Positions 12,896 through 33,637 of a stretch of 64,000 nucleotides of DNA are shown here, one piece after another. A program made the position numbers and the translations under genes. Location of the stretch: NCBI RefSeq assembly GCF_009914755.1, contig NC_060926.1. One strand, given 5' to 3'. The notes under the pieces are model-generated. The model was not told where the DNA came from and searched no databases. It saw only the letters and a program-made list of their open reading frames with translations. Source of the DNA: the human T2T-CHM13v2.0 reference genome, Homo sapiens. The first letter of the stretch is position 1. Every line of letters begins with the position of its first letter.

Positions 12896-15183
12896 TGTAT
12901 TAGCCTGTTCTCACAATGCTAATAAGGACATACTCAAGACTGGGTAATGTATAAAGGAAAGAGGTTTAATTGACTCACAATTCAGCATGGCTGGGGAAGC
13001 CTCAGAAAACTTACAATCATGGCGGAAGGGGAAGCAAACACATCCTTCTTCACGTGGCAGCAGCAAGAAGTGCTGAGCAAAGGGGGAAAAGCCCCTTCTA
13101 AAACCAAGAAATCTTGTGGGAACTCACTCACTATCACAAGAACAGCAGCATGGAGGTAACCAACCCCATGATTCAATTACCTCCCCCTGTGTCCCTCCCA
13201 TGACATGTGGGGACTATGGGAACTATAATTCAAAATAAGATTTGGGTGGGGACACAGCCAAACCATACCATTCAGCCCCTGGCCCCTCCCAAATCTCATG
13301 TCCTCACATTTCAAAACACAATCATGCCTTCCCAACAGTTCTCCAAAGTGTTAACTCATTCCAGCATTAACCTAAAAGTTCAAGTCCAAAGTCTCATCTG
13401 AAACAAGGCAAGTCTGTTCCACCTATGAGCCTGTAGAATCAAAAGCTAGTTAGTTACTTCCTATCTACAATGGGGGTACAGGCATTTGGTAAATACAGCC
13501 ATTCCAAATGGGAGAAATTGGCCAAAACCAAGGAGCTACAGGCCCCATGCAAGTCCAAAATCCAGCAGGACAGTCAAATCTTAAAGCTCCAAAATGATTT
13601 TCTTTGACTTCATGTCTCACATCCAGGTCATGCTGATGCAAGAGGTGGGTTCCCATGGTCTTGGGGAGCTCCACCCTTGCAGCTTGTCAGGGTACAGCTT
13701 CCCTCCCAGCTGCTTTCATGCCTGGCATTGAGTGTCTGCAGCTTTTCCATGTGCACTGTGCAAGCTGTGGTTGGATCTTCCATTCTGGGATCTGGAGGAT
13801 GATGGCCCTCGCCCTCTTCTCACAGCTCCCCTAGGCAGTGTACCAATGGGGACTCTGTGTGGAGGCTCCAATCCCACATTTCCCTTTGGCACTGCACTAG
13901 CAGAGGTTCTCCATGAGGGCACTGCCCCTGCAGTACACCTTTGCCTGGACATCCAGGCATTTCTATACATCCTCTGAAATCTACGTGGAAGTTTTAAACC
14001 TTAATTCTTGTCTTCTTGTACCAGCAGGACCAACATCACGTGAAAGCTGCCAAGGCTTGGGGCTTGCAGCCTCTGAAGCCATGGCCCAAGCTGTACCTTG
14101 GTCCCTTTAGCCATGGCTGGAGGTGAAGCAGCTGGGACACAGAACACCATTTCCTGAGGCTGGACACAGTAGGGGGACCCTGGGCCCTGGCCACAAAACC
14201 ATTTTTCCCTCCTAAGCCTTCAGACTTGTGATGGGAGGGGCTGCTGAGAAGGTCTCTGACATGACCTGGAAACATTTTCCCCATGCCTTGGTGATTAGCA
14301 TTTGGCTCCTGGTTACATATGTAAATGTCTGCAGCAGGCTTGAATTTCTCCCCAGAACACGGATTTTTCTTTTCTACTGCATTGTCAGGCTGCAAATTTT
14401 CCTAACTTTATACTCTGTCACCTATTGAATGCTTTGCTGCTTAGAAATTTATTCCACTAAATACCCTAAATCGTCTCTCTCAAGTTTAAAGTTCCACCAA
14501 TCTCTAGGGCAGGGGCAAAATGCCACCAGTCTCTTTGCATAGCAAGAGTGACCTTTGCTCCAGTTCCCAACAGGTTCCTAATCTCCATCCGTGACCACCT
14601 AAGCCTGGACTTTATTGTTCATATCACTATCAGCATTTTGGTCAAAGCCATTCAACAAGTCTCTAGGAAATTCCAAACTTTCCCACATTTTCCTATCTTC
14701 TTCTAGGCCCTCCAAACTTTCCAACCTCTGCCTATTACCCAGTTTCAAAGTCGCTTCCATATTTTCAGATATCTTTATAGCAGCACCCCACTGCCAGGTA
14801 AAAATTTACTGTATTAGTCCTTTCTCATGCTGCTAATAAAGACATACCGGAGACTGGGTAATGTATAAAGGAAACAGGTTTAATTGACTCACAGTTCAGC
14901 ACGGCTGGGGAGGCCTCAGGAAACTCACAATCGTGGTGGAAAGGGAAGCAAACATCCTTCTTCACATGGCGGCAGCAAGGAGAAATTCTGAGCAAAAGGG
15001 GGCAAAGCCCCTTATAAAACCGTCAGATCTCATGAGAACTCATTCTCTATTATGAGAACAGCCTGAGGATAACTGCCCCCATGATTCAACTCCCTCCCAC
15101 TGGGTCTCTTCCAGGACACTTGGGGATTATGGGAACTACAATTCAAAATGAAGTTTGGGTGGGGACACAGCTAAACCATATCA
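12896..15183 (-). mobile_element. Complete THE1 (C/D-like) MaLR provirus: LTR 14810-15183, internal 13271-14809, LTR 12896-13270
   Basis: Two homologous ~375 bp LTRs with TG...CA ends; 5-bp TSD CCATC at 12891-12895 and 15184-15188. Confidence 0.93.
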
Positions 15184-17302
15184 CCATCCTTCTACTCTCT
15201 ATCTCCATGGTTTCAATTGTTTTGATTTTTAGACCCCACAAATAAGTGACAACATGTGATGTTTGTCTGTCTGTGCCTTGCTTATTTCACTTAACTTAGT
15301 GACCTCCAGTTCTGTCTATGTTGTTGCAAATGACTGAATCTCATTCTTTTTTATGGCTGAATAGTATTCCATTATGTATAAGTACCACATTTTTCTTATC
15401 CATTCATCTGTTGATGGACACTTGTGTTGCTTCCAAATCTCGGCTATTGTGACAAAAGCTGCAACAAACATGAGTACATATATCTTTTTGATATACTGAT
15501 TTCCTTTCTTATGGGTGTGTAACTAACAGTGTGATTGCTGAATCACATAGTAGCTCTACTTTTACTTTTTGGAGGAGCCTCCAAACTGTTTTCCATAGTG
15601 GTTGTACTAATTTACATTCCCACCAACAGTGTATGAGGATTCCCTTTTCTCCACATCTTTGCCAGTATTTGTTACTGCCTTTTTTTTTTTTTTGGATATA
15701 AGCCATTTTATCTCAGATGAGATGATATCTCATAGTAATTTTGATTTGCATTTCTCTGGTGATCAGTGATGTTGAACACATTTTCATATGCCTGTTTGCC
15801 ATTTGTAAGTCTTCTTTTGAGAAATGTCTATTCAAGTCTTTTCTCCATTTTTAATCAGATTTTTAGATTTTTTCCTGTAGGGGTGATTTTCTTAAATATT
15901 CTAGTTTTTAATCCCTTGTCAGATGAGTAGTTTGCTAATATTTTCTCTCATTCTGTGGGTTGTATCTTTACTTTGTTGATTGTTTCTTTTGCTGTGCAGA
16001 AGCTTTCTAACTTGATGCAATTCCATTTGTCCATTTTTGCTTTGGTTGCCTATGTTTGTTGGATATTACTCAAGAAATCTTTGCCAAGACTGATGGCCTG
16101 GAGAGTTTCCCCAATGTTTTCTTGTGTTAGTTTCATAATTTGAGGTCTTAGGTTTAAGTCTTTAATCCACTTTGATTTGATTTTTGTGTATGACAAGAGA
16201 TAGGGGACTAGTTTCCTTCTTCTGCATATGGATATCCAGTTTTCCCAGCACTATTTATTGAAGAATCTTTTTCCCAATGTATGTTCTTGGCAACTTTGTC
16301 GAAAATGAGTTCACTGTAGGTGTGTGGATTTATTTCTGGGTTCTGTATTCTGTTTCATTGGTCTATGTGCCTGTTTTCATGCCATTACTATGCTGTTTTG
16401 GTTTTTGGTTACAATAGCTCCGTAGTATAATTTGAAGTCAGGTAATGTGATTCCTCCAGTTTTGTCCTTTTGCTTAGGATAACTTTGGTTATTCTGGATC
16501 TTTTGTTGTTCCATATACATTTTAGCATAGTTTTTTTTCTATTTCTGTGAAGAATATCATTGGTATTTTGATAGGCATTTCATTAAATCTGTAGATTGCT
16601 CTGGGTAGTATGGACATTTTAACAATGTTTATGCTTCCAATTCATGAACATAGAATATCTTTGTATTTTATGGTGTCCCGGCCTGAATTTCTTTAATCAG
16701 TGTTTTGTAGGTTTCATTATAGAGATCTTTAACTTCTTTAGTTAATTCCTACATATTTAATTTTATTTGTGGTTATTGTAAATGGGACTACTTTTTAATT
16801 TGTCAGTTTCTTCAGTTTCAGTTTCTGTTAACATATAGAAATTCTATGTATGTTGATTTTGTATCCTGCAACTTTACTAAATTTTTTAAATCAGTTTTAA
16901 TAGATTATTTTGTGGCTTCTTTAGGTTTTTCTAAATATATAATTTGCAAATTTGACTTCTTTGTTTCTAATTTGGATGGCCTTTATATCTTTCTCTTATC
17001 TGATAGCTCCAGCTAGGACTTTCAGTACTGTGTTGAATAACGGCGGTGAAAGGCATCCTTGTCATGTTTCAGATAATAGAGGAAAGCCTTTCAAATTTTT
17101 TCCCCTTCAATATGATACTATTTGTGGGTCTGCCATATATGGCTTTTATTATGTTGAGGTATGTTCCTTCTATATCCCATTTTCTGGCAGTTTTTATCAT
17201 GAAAGGATGCTACATTTTATCACATGCTTTTTCAACATCAATTGAAATGATCATATGATTATACTCCTTCATTCTGTTGATATAATGTATCACATTGGTT
17301 GA

Positions 17303-17664
<362 letters not shown>

Positions 17665-18541
17665 AATGAATAATCTTTTAAATGTACTGTTGAATTTGGT
17701 TTGTTAGTATCTTGTTGAAGTTTTTGTATCAATATTCATTAGAGATATTGGCCTGTAGTTTTCTCGTTTTTGATGTGTCTTTGTCTGCTTTTGGTGTCAG
17801 TGTAATACTGGCCTTGTAGAATGAGTTCCAAAGTATTCCCTCCTACTCTGTTTTTCAGAAAAGTTTGAGTAGAATTGATATTAGTTATTCTTTAAATATT
17901 TGGTAAAATTCAGTAGTGAAGTCATCAGGACCAGGGTTTTCTTTACTGGGAGACTTTTTATTACGGCTTCAATCTCATCACTTGTCAGAGGTCTGTTTAG
18001 GTTTTGAATTTCCTTATGGTTCAACCTTGGTAGTTTGTAAGTGTCTAAGAATTTGTCCATTTCTCATAGATTTTCCCATTTATTGGCATATAGTTGCTCC
18101 TAGTAGCCACTAATGACCCTTTGAATTTCTGCAGTATCAGTTGTAATGTCTCCTTTTTCATCTCTGATTTTATTTGGATCTTCTCTCTCTTTTTTTTTTT
18201 GTTAGTCTGGCTAGAGGTTTGTCAATTTTGCTTAACTTTTCAAAAAAACATCTTTATGTGTCATTCATCTTTTGTTATTTTCTTAATTTCAAATTCATTT
18301 ATTCCTGCTCTGACCTTTATTATTTTTTACTTCTACTAATGTTGGGTTTGGTTTGCTCTTGCTTTTCTAGTTCTTTAAAATCCATTGTTAAATTTTTTAT
18401 TTTAACTTTTTCTTATTTTTTTGATGTAAGCACTTATAGCTATAAAATTCCCTCTTAGAAGTGCTTTTGCTGTATCCCATAAGTTTTGGCATATTGTGTT
18501 TCATTATCGTTTGTTTCAAAAATTTTTTCAATTTCTTTCTT

Positions 18542-24756
<6,215 letters not shown>

Positions 24757-27700
24757 CAATTTCTTTCTTAATTTCTTCTTTGACCCAATGGTCATTCAGG
24801 AGCATATTGTTTAATCTGCATGTATTTGTATAGTTTCCAAAATCCCTCTTGTGATTGTTTTATAGTTTTATTCCATTGTGGTCAGAGAAGATGCTTGATA
24901 TTATTTTAATTTTGAGGGGATATTTTAAGGCTTTTTAAGTGACCTAATATATGGTCTATGTTTGAGAATGATCCATATGCTGTGGAAAAGGATATGCACT
25001 CTATAGTCATTAGATGAAATGTTCTATTAATATCTATTAGATCCATTTGGTCTATAGTGCATTTTAAGTCTGATGTTTCTTTGTTGATTTTCTATTTGGA
25101 ATATCTGTCCAATGCTGAAAGTGGGGTGTTGAAGTCTCCAGCTATTATTGTATTGGAGTCTCTTTCTTTAGCTCTAACAATATTTGCATTATATATCTGA
25201 GTGTTCCAGGGTTGGGTCCATGTATATTTTAAATTGTTATATCCTCTTGCTGAACTGACCCCTTTATCATTATATGGTGACCTTGTCTTTTCTTATAGTT
25301 TTTGTTTTGAAATCTATTTTGTCTGATATAATGATAGCTACTCCTGTTCTTTTTTGGTTTCCATTGGCATGGAATATCTTTTTCTATCCCTTTATCTGCA
25401 GTTTATGTATGTCTTTATAGTTGAAATGTGTTTCTTGTAGAAAACAGATCAATAGGTCATGTTTTGTGTTTCTTTGTATCCAAAACTCTGTCTTTTATTG
25501 GAGAGTTTAGTACATTTACATTCAATGTTATTGTTGATAAATAATGATATAATTCTACTGTTTTGTTTTCTGTTTGCTTTGTGGTCTTGTTTTCCTTCTT
25601 TCCTTCCTGTCTTCCTTTTAGTGAAGGTAATTTTCTCTGGTCATATGATTTAGTTTCTTGCTTCTTATTTTTTCTGTATACGTTGTATGATTTTTGGTTT
25701 GAGATTAGCTGATAAAAACACTGTTTGCATAAACAAACATGCAAGCAATCAAAAAGTAAACTAATATTGTATACCTTAATATTCCCCTTGCTTTTTAATT
25801 TTTTGTTGTTACTCTTTATGTCTTACTGTACTGTCTACATCATAAAAATTTGTTGTTGTTACTATTTTTCATTGGTTCATTATTTAGTCTTTCTACTTAA
25901 TAACAGTTTACACACCATAGTTATCATGTTATAATATTCTTTGCTTTTCTTTGTACTTCCTATTACCACTGAGTTTTATACCTTCAGATTATTTCTTCTT
26001 GCTCCTTATTGTCCTTTTCTTTCTGACTATAAAACTCCCTTTAGCATTTCTTGTAGGACAGCTCTAGTGTTAATAAAAATCTCTCTCCTTTTTTTTTTTT
26101 GGTCTGGGAAAGTCTTTATTTCTCCTTCATGTTTGAAAGATAATTTCACCTGATGTACTATTCTAAGTTTAAAAATATTTTCCTTCAGCACTTTATATAT
26201 GTCATGCCACTCTCTCCTGGGTTGTAAGGCTTCTACTGAAAAGTCTGATGCCAGATGTATAGGAGCGATTTGTTTCTTTTCTCTTGTGGCTTTTAGGATG
26301 CTTTCTTTAGCCTCGAGCTTTGGGAGTTCATTTATTAAATACCTTGAGGTAATCTTCTTTGGGTTAAATCTGTTTAGCATTCTATAACTTTCTTGTACTT
26401 GGATATTGACGTCTTTCTCTAGGTTTGTAAATTTCTCTCTAGTTATCCCATTGAATAGACATTCTACCTCTTCTTTAAGGCCAATAACTCTTAGATTTCC
26501 CCTTTTGAAGCTATTTTCTAAAATCTGTAGGTGTGTTTCATTGGTTTGTATTATTTTTTGTCTCCTCTGACTGTGTATTTTCAAATTGCCTGTGTTCAAG
26601 CTCACTCATTCTTTCTTCTGCTTGATCAGTTCTGCTGTTAAAAGACTATGATGCATTCTTCACTAAGCCAAATGCATTTGCCAGCTCCAAAATTTCTCCT
26701 TGATTCTTTTTAATTATTTCCATCTCTTTGTTCATTTATCTGATAGAATTCTGAATTCTCTGTGTTGTCTTTAATTTATGTGAGTTTCCTCAAAACAGCT
26801 ATTTTGACTTCAATATCTAAAAGGTCACATATCTCTGTCTCTCCAGGATTGGCCCCTGGTGCATTATTTAGTTCATTTGGTGAGGTCATGTTTTCCTGGG
26901 TCATCTTGATACTTGTAGATGTACATCTGTGTCTGGGCATTGAAAAGTTAGTTTTTTTTTGTTTGTTTGTTTTGTTTTTTTTTTGTAGTCTTCTCAGTCT
27001 GGGCTTGTTTGCAACTGTAGTTTTTGGGAAGGCTTTCCAGATATTTTAAAAGGCTTGGGTGTTCTGATCTAAGCTGCATCTGCTTTAGGGCAGACCCCAA
27101 ACCCAGTAGTGCTGTGGTTCTTGCAGACTCATAAAAGTACCACCTTGATGGTCTTGGCCAAGATAAAGAATTCTCTGGATTACCAGGCAGAGACTCTTTC
27201 TTGTTCTCTTCCCTTACTTTCTCCCAAATAGTCTCTTTCTACCCTGAGCCACCTGAAGTTGGGGGTGGAGTGACACAAGCACCCTGGTGGCCACCATCCC
27301 TAGGATTCTGCTAATTCAGACCTGAAGCCAGCACAACACTGCTGTATGCAAAGTCTGCTGTAACCACTTCCTGGCTAACACCTATGTTCACTCAAAGCCC
27401 TGGGGCTCTATAATCAGCAGGTGCCAAGGCCAGTCACACCTATGTTGTTCTTTCATTTAGGGTGGTGAGTTCCCCCAGGCTCCCGGGTGAATCCAGAGAT
27501 GCCATCCAGGAGCTATGGTCTAGAGTCAAAAACCTTAGAAGTGCACCTGGTATTTTATTGTACTACAGCTGAGCTGACACTGAAACCACAAGAGGCTGTC
27601 CTTCTCATTCTTCCTTCCCCTTTCCGAAGGCAGAGGAAGCTCACCCGGTGGCCATTGCCACCTATTCCATTGTGGTCAGAGAAGGTGCTTGATATTATTT

Positions 27701-29139
27701 TAATTTTAGGGGGATATTTTCAGGCTTGTTATGTGACCTAACATATGGTCTATCATTGAGAATGATCTGTGTGTTGAGGAAAAGGCCCATGGGGAGTACT
27801 GCCAGACTACCACTGATGTTCTCTTAAGGCCCAAGGGCTCTTCAGTCAGCTTGTAGTGAGTGCTGCCTGGCCTGGGACTCATCTTTCAGAGCAATGGGCT
27901 CTCCTCTGGCCCAGGGCAGGTCCAGAAATGCCATCCAAGACCTAAGTCCTAGAACTGGGGGCCCCAAGAGCCTGTTTGGTGCTCTAGCCTGCTGTGGCTG
28001 AGCAGGTATGTAAGGTGCAAGACAAAGTCCCCTTTACTTTTCCCTCTGCTTTTCTCAATCAGAAGTCTCACCCTTTAGACACCACACCTGGGAATATGCT
28101 GAGACTCATTTGTGGCTGGTAAGGCTCTGTCTCACCCAAGGCCCTTGACATAGTACCTGGGTATTGCTGCTGGTTATTCAGGACTCAAGGGCTATTCAGT
28201 TACCGGGTAATAAGCCCTGCCAGTACTGGGTCCTTCCCTTCAAGGCAGTGGTTCCCTTCTGGCCTAGGGTTGTGTCTAGAAATGTCCAGGAGGTAGGGCC
28301 TGGAATAGGGTTCTTACGACTTGGATTGCTGCCCTGTTCTGCTGTGGCTGAGCTGGTATTTAAGATGCAATACAAAGTCTGCCCCACTCTTCCATCTTCT
28401 CTCTTCAAGTGCAAGAAAGGGTTCTCTTTTGGAGTTGCCTGGGGTTAGGGGAGGGGTGATGCTAGCACTCCCTTAGTCACCCCAGCTGGTGTCTCAGTAT
28501 GTCCCATGTCCCTCCAGGCCACAGGCTCTGGGCCCAGTTCAGACCCAGGACTCATTTATGTATTACAGTTCTTGTGGCCTAGACAGCCTTTCAAGTTTAT
28601 TTGGGACCCCAAATCCCTTAAGCCTACAATGATGAGGTTTGCAGGAACTCATGTTCCAACCTCTGGGATCTGCGATTCCCCTCTGGCTAGGACTGGTTTA
28701 CATGCACCCTCCAGGGTGGGCATCAGCTGAGTTGGGTCTGGTTTTGCTTTCTGCTATAAAAGCAGCACTGATTTCAATACCTCACAATTGCTGTGCTTTC
28801 CCTCTCCCCAGGGCACAGAAGGCACAAGGTTCTCTTCACCTTGTTGCCACTTTCAGGGGATAGAGGAGGAGGTGGTGTCAGTAATCCAAGACTGTTCATT
28901 CTACCTCTTCATTGCCTCTTTTAGCGATATGAAGTTAAAACCAGGTACTTACTGTGAGTGCTCACCTGATTTTTTGTTCTTATGAAGGTGCTTTTTTTGT
29001 GTGTGTAGATATTTTTTAAACTGATGTCCTTGCAGGGGGCTTGAGGGGGAACAATTGGTGAAGACTTCTATTCCACCGTCTTGCTTTACCCACTCCACCT
29101 GCCTCACGTTTTAAATGCCATGCAAATTATCATTTTCTT

Positions 29140-29500
29140 TTTCAACAAATACTTACTGAGCACTTTTGATGTACCAGACATTGACTTAAGCACCAGGAAA
29201 ACATCAGGGAAGAAGACAAATGGGATCCCTGCCCTCAGGAGCTTGCTGTCTAGGAAGCTCAGAGAAAATAATATCAATATAGGGCACTGATCGTGTGCCA
29301 GCTACCCTGCTGAAGATTTGTTTTACATAATGTCACTTAATTACTAGAGAAACACTGAAGTATTTTCTATATTAATGCCATTTTATTGAGGACATTGACC
29401 TAGAAACGTTAAATAACTTATCCAAAATCACAAGGATAATATGGCTTAACTCATGCCAACTTAACACCAAAAATAGAATTCTGAACCACTGGCTCTAAAT
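29140..29500 (-). mobile_element. L2 3' fragment followed by a MIR fragment
   Basis: ttcaacaaatacttactgagcac...; MIR core-like gttaaataacttatccaaaatcaca. Confidence 0.55.
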
Positions 29501-30239
29501 TATGAAACCCCAAAGCCTGTGTTCTGTTTTCTGTGTCACACTGTCTAAAGTAAATCTGATTTTGAGTAACTATTGGAACAATGATAAATGATTTTACCAA
29601 ACTGAAAAATTAAACATGTATTACTAATTTCAGGATAGGTCAGGTGAACCTTGTACTTGTGAATTCTTTCGACCATCAATCCAACTACAACAGAATCTGT
29701 TGCACTTTGTTAGTGTGAGCACCTGGGTTTCTGTCTCGGTCTATTTCTTCTGTTATTAGTGTTGATACACCATTCTGGTTTTGTATGTCTTTGTTGATCT
29801 CATGGGTCAGGCCTTATTGTTTGTGTGTTTTGCATGTTATATTCAAATATACTACTGTAAATATGCTTCATATGTTTGTAAATATAATCAGTAAATGAAA
29901 TACTATAATCATTACTATTCCATTCCTTTCACAAATCTTGTTATTTCTCCATTTTTTTCCTTCCCTTCCATTTTGTGCTATTCTCTTGCTGTTTGATCTT
30001 TTCTGTTGTACTTTTTCCTCTCTGCATTCTGCACAGGTTCTCTCTCTCTGCTATACAGCTACTACTTCTTCACTTCCCTTGTTTTGACTAAAATACCTCT
30101 AAGCCTATAACCTTTTTCTTTACTACATAAATTCGCTGGCATCTATACTCACCATGCCACCAAAAAAATTCTTTCAGTAGGAAAAGCTGTTTCTCTGCAA
30201 TGCTACAAAAAATAACTTTTTATTTTTTGTTTGTCTTAC

Positions 30240-31760
30240 TTTTAAAGCAATACTAAAAGCACTATGGTATAGGCAAAATTATAAACAAACTGATCAACAG
30301 GACAGAACAGCTAGCCTAGAAGTAGCCCCAGAAAACTTAAGAACTCAACTCTATATATTTTCAAAGGAGTTTCAGAAATCAATGGGAGGGATAGATTATC
30401 CAATAAGTTATGTTGAGAACATTTGATATGTGGAAAAATGTATCATATTATATCACCACCTCACACAAGGCACCAAAATTTTTTCTGAATGTAGGAGTCT
30501 AGAGTAAAAAAAAACTGCACAGGAGAAATAAAATTTAAGCTGAGGAAAGATTTTCTAGTCATTAAGGCAATATAAAAATATCAAGGTCTGTAAATAAATT
30601 TCACCATAAATATGAGCATAACATCACCAAACTTCATAAAGATAGAATAAATAACAAACTAGGAAAAATACTTGTTCAAATATGATGGATTATTAGCCTT
30701 ATTTAAAAAAAAACTCTTCAAACAAATAAGAAAAAAAGCTAACTCCAAAGGAAAAGTATGCAAAAATAGTAACAGACAAGTCACCAGAAGGGAAACACAA
30801 TGGATAATAATAAATCATTAAATTTGTTTCAGCCTCACTGGTGGTTAAAGAAATGTACAGTGAACTGGTTTTCTCAAAGATTTGTAAAGACTTTAAAAAG
30901 AACACCACTTCATGCTGGAAATAGTGCCATGAGACAGGCACCCTGTTTTTTTTTTTGTGTGTGTGAGCTTCTTATTATTATTATACTTTAAGTTTTAGGG
31001 TACATGAGCACAATGTGCCGGTTAGTTACATATGTATACATGTGCCATGCTGGTGTGCTGCACTCATTAACTTGTCATTTAGCATTAGGTATATCTCCTA
31101 ATGCTATCCCTCCCACCTCCCCCCACCCCACAACAGTCCCCAGAGTGTGATGTTCCCCTTCCTGTGTCCATGTGTTCTCATTGTTCAATTCCCATCTATG
31201 AGTGAGAACATGCGGTGTTTGGTTTTTTGTCCTTGCGATAGTTTACTGAGAATGATGATTTCCAATTTCATCCATGTCCCTACAAAGGACATGAACTCAT
31301 CATTTTTTATGGCTGCATAGTATTCCATGGTGTATATGTGCCACATTTTCTTAATCCAGTCTATCAGGCACCCTAACTGTTAACAGACACATACATCTAC
31401 CTAACCTTCTGGAAAGCAATTTGGCCATATCTATTAAAAGCCTCAAAATATGCATACATTCCAATCCAATATTTCTACTTTCAGGAATCAATCCCAAGGA
31501 GAGATGCTGTCAAAAAGTTAAGAGCAAGGATGTTCATTGCAGCATTACTTATAGTACCGTTAAGAAAGAAAGAGAAAGAAACTAAATGTTTCACCTAATA
31601 GTTTAATAGTTAAATCATGGTATTTACATATTATTGACTATTACACAGCTATTGACTTAAACTGGAAAAAAGTTTAATAATTTTTTTATGATATAATAGC
31701 TGTAAAAAGCAGGAAATAAAGTTGAATGCTAGCATACTCGTTAGGTTAAATACAAAGGAA
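30240..31760 (+). mobile_element. Ancient L1ME-type remnant hosting a young L1 fragment
   Basis: Decayed ORF2 3' motifs such as ggaaagcaatttggccatatctatt and ggatgttcattgcagcatt. Confidence 0.55.
30945..31364 (-). mobile_element. 5'-truncated young L1 (L1PA2/PA3-like), 420 bp
   Basis: L1 3'UTR highly similar to 18590-18978; 10-bp TSD caggcaccct at 30935-30944 and 31365-31374. Confidence 0.93.
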
Positions 31761-32211
31761 ATGTATCAAATATTAACTATGTTCTCAGCACTGATAAATA
31801 ATGGGCAGTTTTCACTTTTTATATTTTTCTCTATTTACTAGAGTACTTTAAAAATAATAACTACACATTATTCTTAAACAGAAATTTAAATAATAAAGCA
31901 TAAAGGAATTAGTTATTTCCAGTTGAAAACAACCTTCCCTTAGTGATGAGATGCTGGAAAATGACAGTTCAGGCTTCACTCTGTTTTGAATTTGCTAAAA
32001 TTTACCATAGATTGGATGTGCTAATCTTTCAGAACGTGTTAATTTCATAAACATGTTTGGTTTCTCTAGTCCCTATAAGTATATAATTCCCAAAATGCCA
32101 TCTCTGTATTCTTCTATTCAAATTAGAGAAATTAGGTAATTTGCAGGATGATCAGACATTGTCTCTGAAAAGTTTATATATTGAAGTTTTTATAAAAGGT
32201 ATTCTAGAATC

Positions 32212-32377
32212 TTGCAGTCAGAAGTGTGGTCTGCAGACTGGCAGCAGCAGCAGCAGCTAGAAACTTGTTGAAAATGCAAAACTTTTGGTCCTACCCCAGA
32301 TTTACTGAATCAGAATCTGCATTTTAGTAACACTTCCAGTTGATTTGTAGGCACACTCATATTTGATAACCACTGGT
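32212..32377. mobile_element. MER5A-like hAT-Charlie element
   Basis: gtgtggtctgcagactggcagcagc...tactgaatcagaatctgcattt...aaccactg. Confidence 0.7.
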
Positions 32378-32904
32378 ATAGAACACATATTCTAGTTCTA
32401 ACTACATGGCTACAATGCAACTATAGTCCTCCTTCAAAACTTAATCTATGTTCATGTCCTAAGTACCATCTTTATGGTCTATGAGTTCTAAACATTTTCT
32501 TAGAACAAGAGTGGCTTCCAACTAATGAGTGGGATATATCCTAAAAATATATTGGTAGGTCAGTTGTTAACTTATACAGTAATATAATTAATGCTAGATT
32601 TCTAGGTCATCTTACAGTAGCTTGCATAACCCATAATATAGTTGAAGAAGAGGACTAATTGCATTTTAATCATTTTTTTATGGGAAAATATGTTCCCAGT
32701 TCTAACAGAAGATTCTAGGAAAGCCTGATACTGCCATCAATACAGGACTCCCAGATGGATGCAACTATTAGTATTTGTGTATGTGTAGACAATTAGTAGA
32801 GCTGATTTTCCGATTCTGAAAATTTTCTAAACAAAAGAATAAAATGTATTAAAAAGACAGGAATGTCAAGTGTTGATATTGACTCATTCACATTTTCTCC
32901 CAAT

Positions 32905-32910
32905 TTTATT
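32905..32910 (-). terminator. Distal polyadenylation signal AATAAA
   Basis: tttatt on +; minus-strand downstream reads ...cctgtctttttaatacattttattcttttgttt (U/GU-rich). Confidence 0.65.
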
Positions 32911-33637
32911 TTGAACAAACACAATGGTAAGATCACTTCAATGGTTTGAAACAGGTTTGTGGATACAATGAAGCATCTAATGGAAAACCTAGAGATGGAT
33001 GGATACTCTAACATGTAAAGTAAACATGTCCATTAATAACAAATGTACAATGTCTTCTATATATTTTTTTGCTTGTATGTTGAACTGTCACTCAAATGTA
33101 CTTAACTTCATTGGACAAGGTATAAGGCTTGCCAATTTCCAAAGTCTGGCAGTCCAAAATCCTTAGTAGCCATTCTGGAACTGCTATTGTTTATAGCATG
33201 ATATGATTGTGTTATTTTAAATACAGCTTTGTTGTAATATGCCTCCTCCATCCCTAAATACACATTCACCTCTGATGCCTTAAAAATGGACTTCTCAGTA
33301 GGAACAATGGAAATTTCACCACTGTCTATTATGGTGAGAACCTATTTCTGACAACATGAGACGTAGAGAAAGCACTGAACTTCTGTGCCAAGCCTGTGGG
33401 AAGGGATTGTTGGGGTCACGGGAGAGGGAAGCAGAAGCCTCTGTCTTCTAAGACTCCAGGTTATTTCAGAATATACAAGTTACATTTTTGATTTAATGAA
33501 AGGTTTTAGGTAACACTGTTAGAAACAATTTAAACCTTTACAAAAAATAACTCAAATTGATTCAAAGATGCAGAATTCATCAGATTATCTTATAGAGACC
33601 AGTGTGACTTAATTCTCCCTAGATTTTATGAACAACT

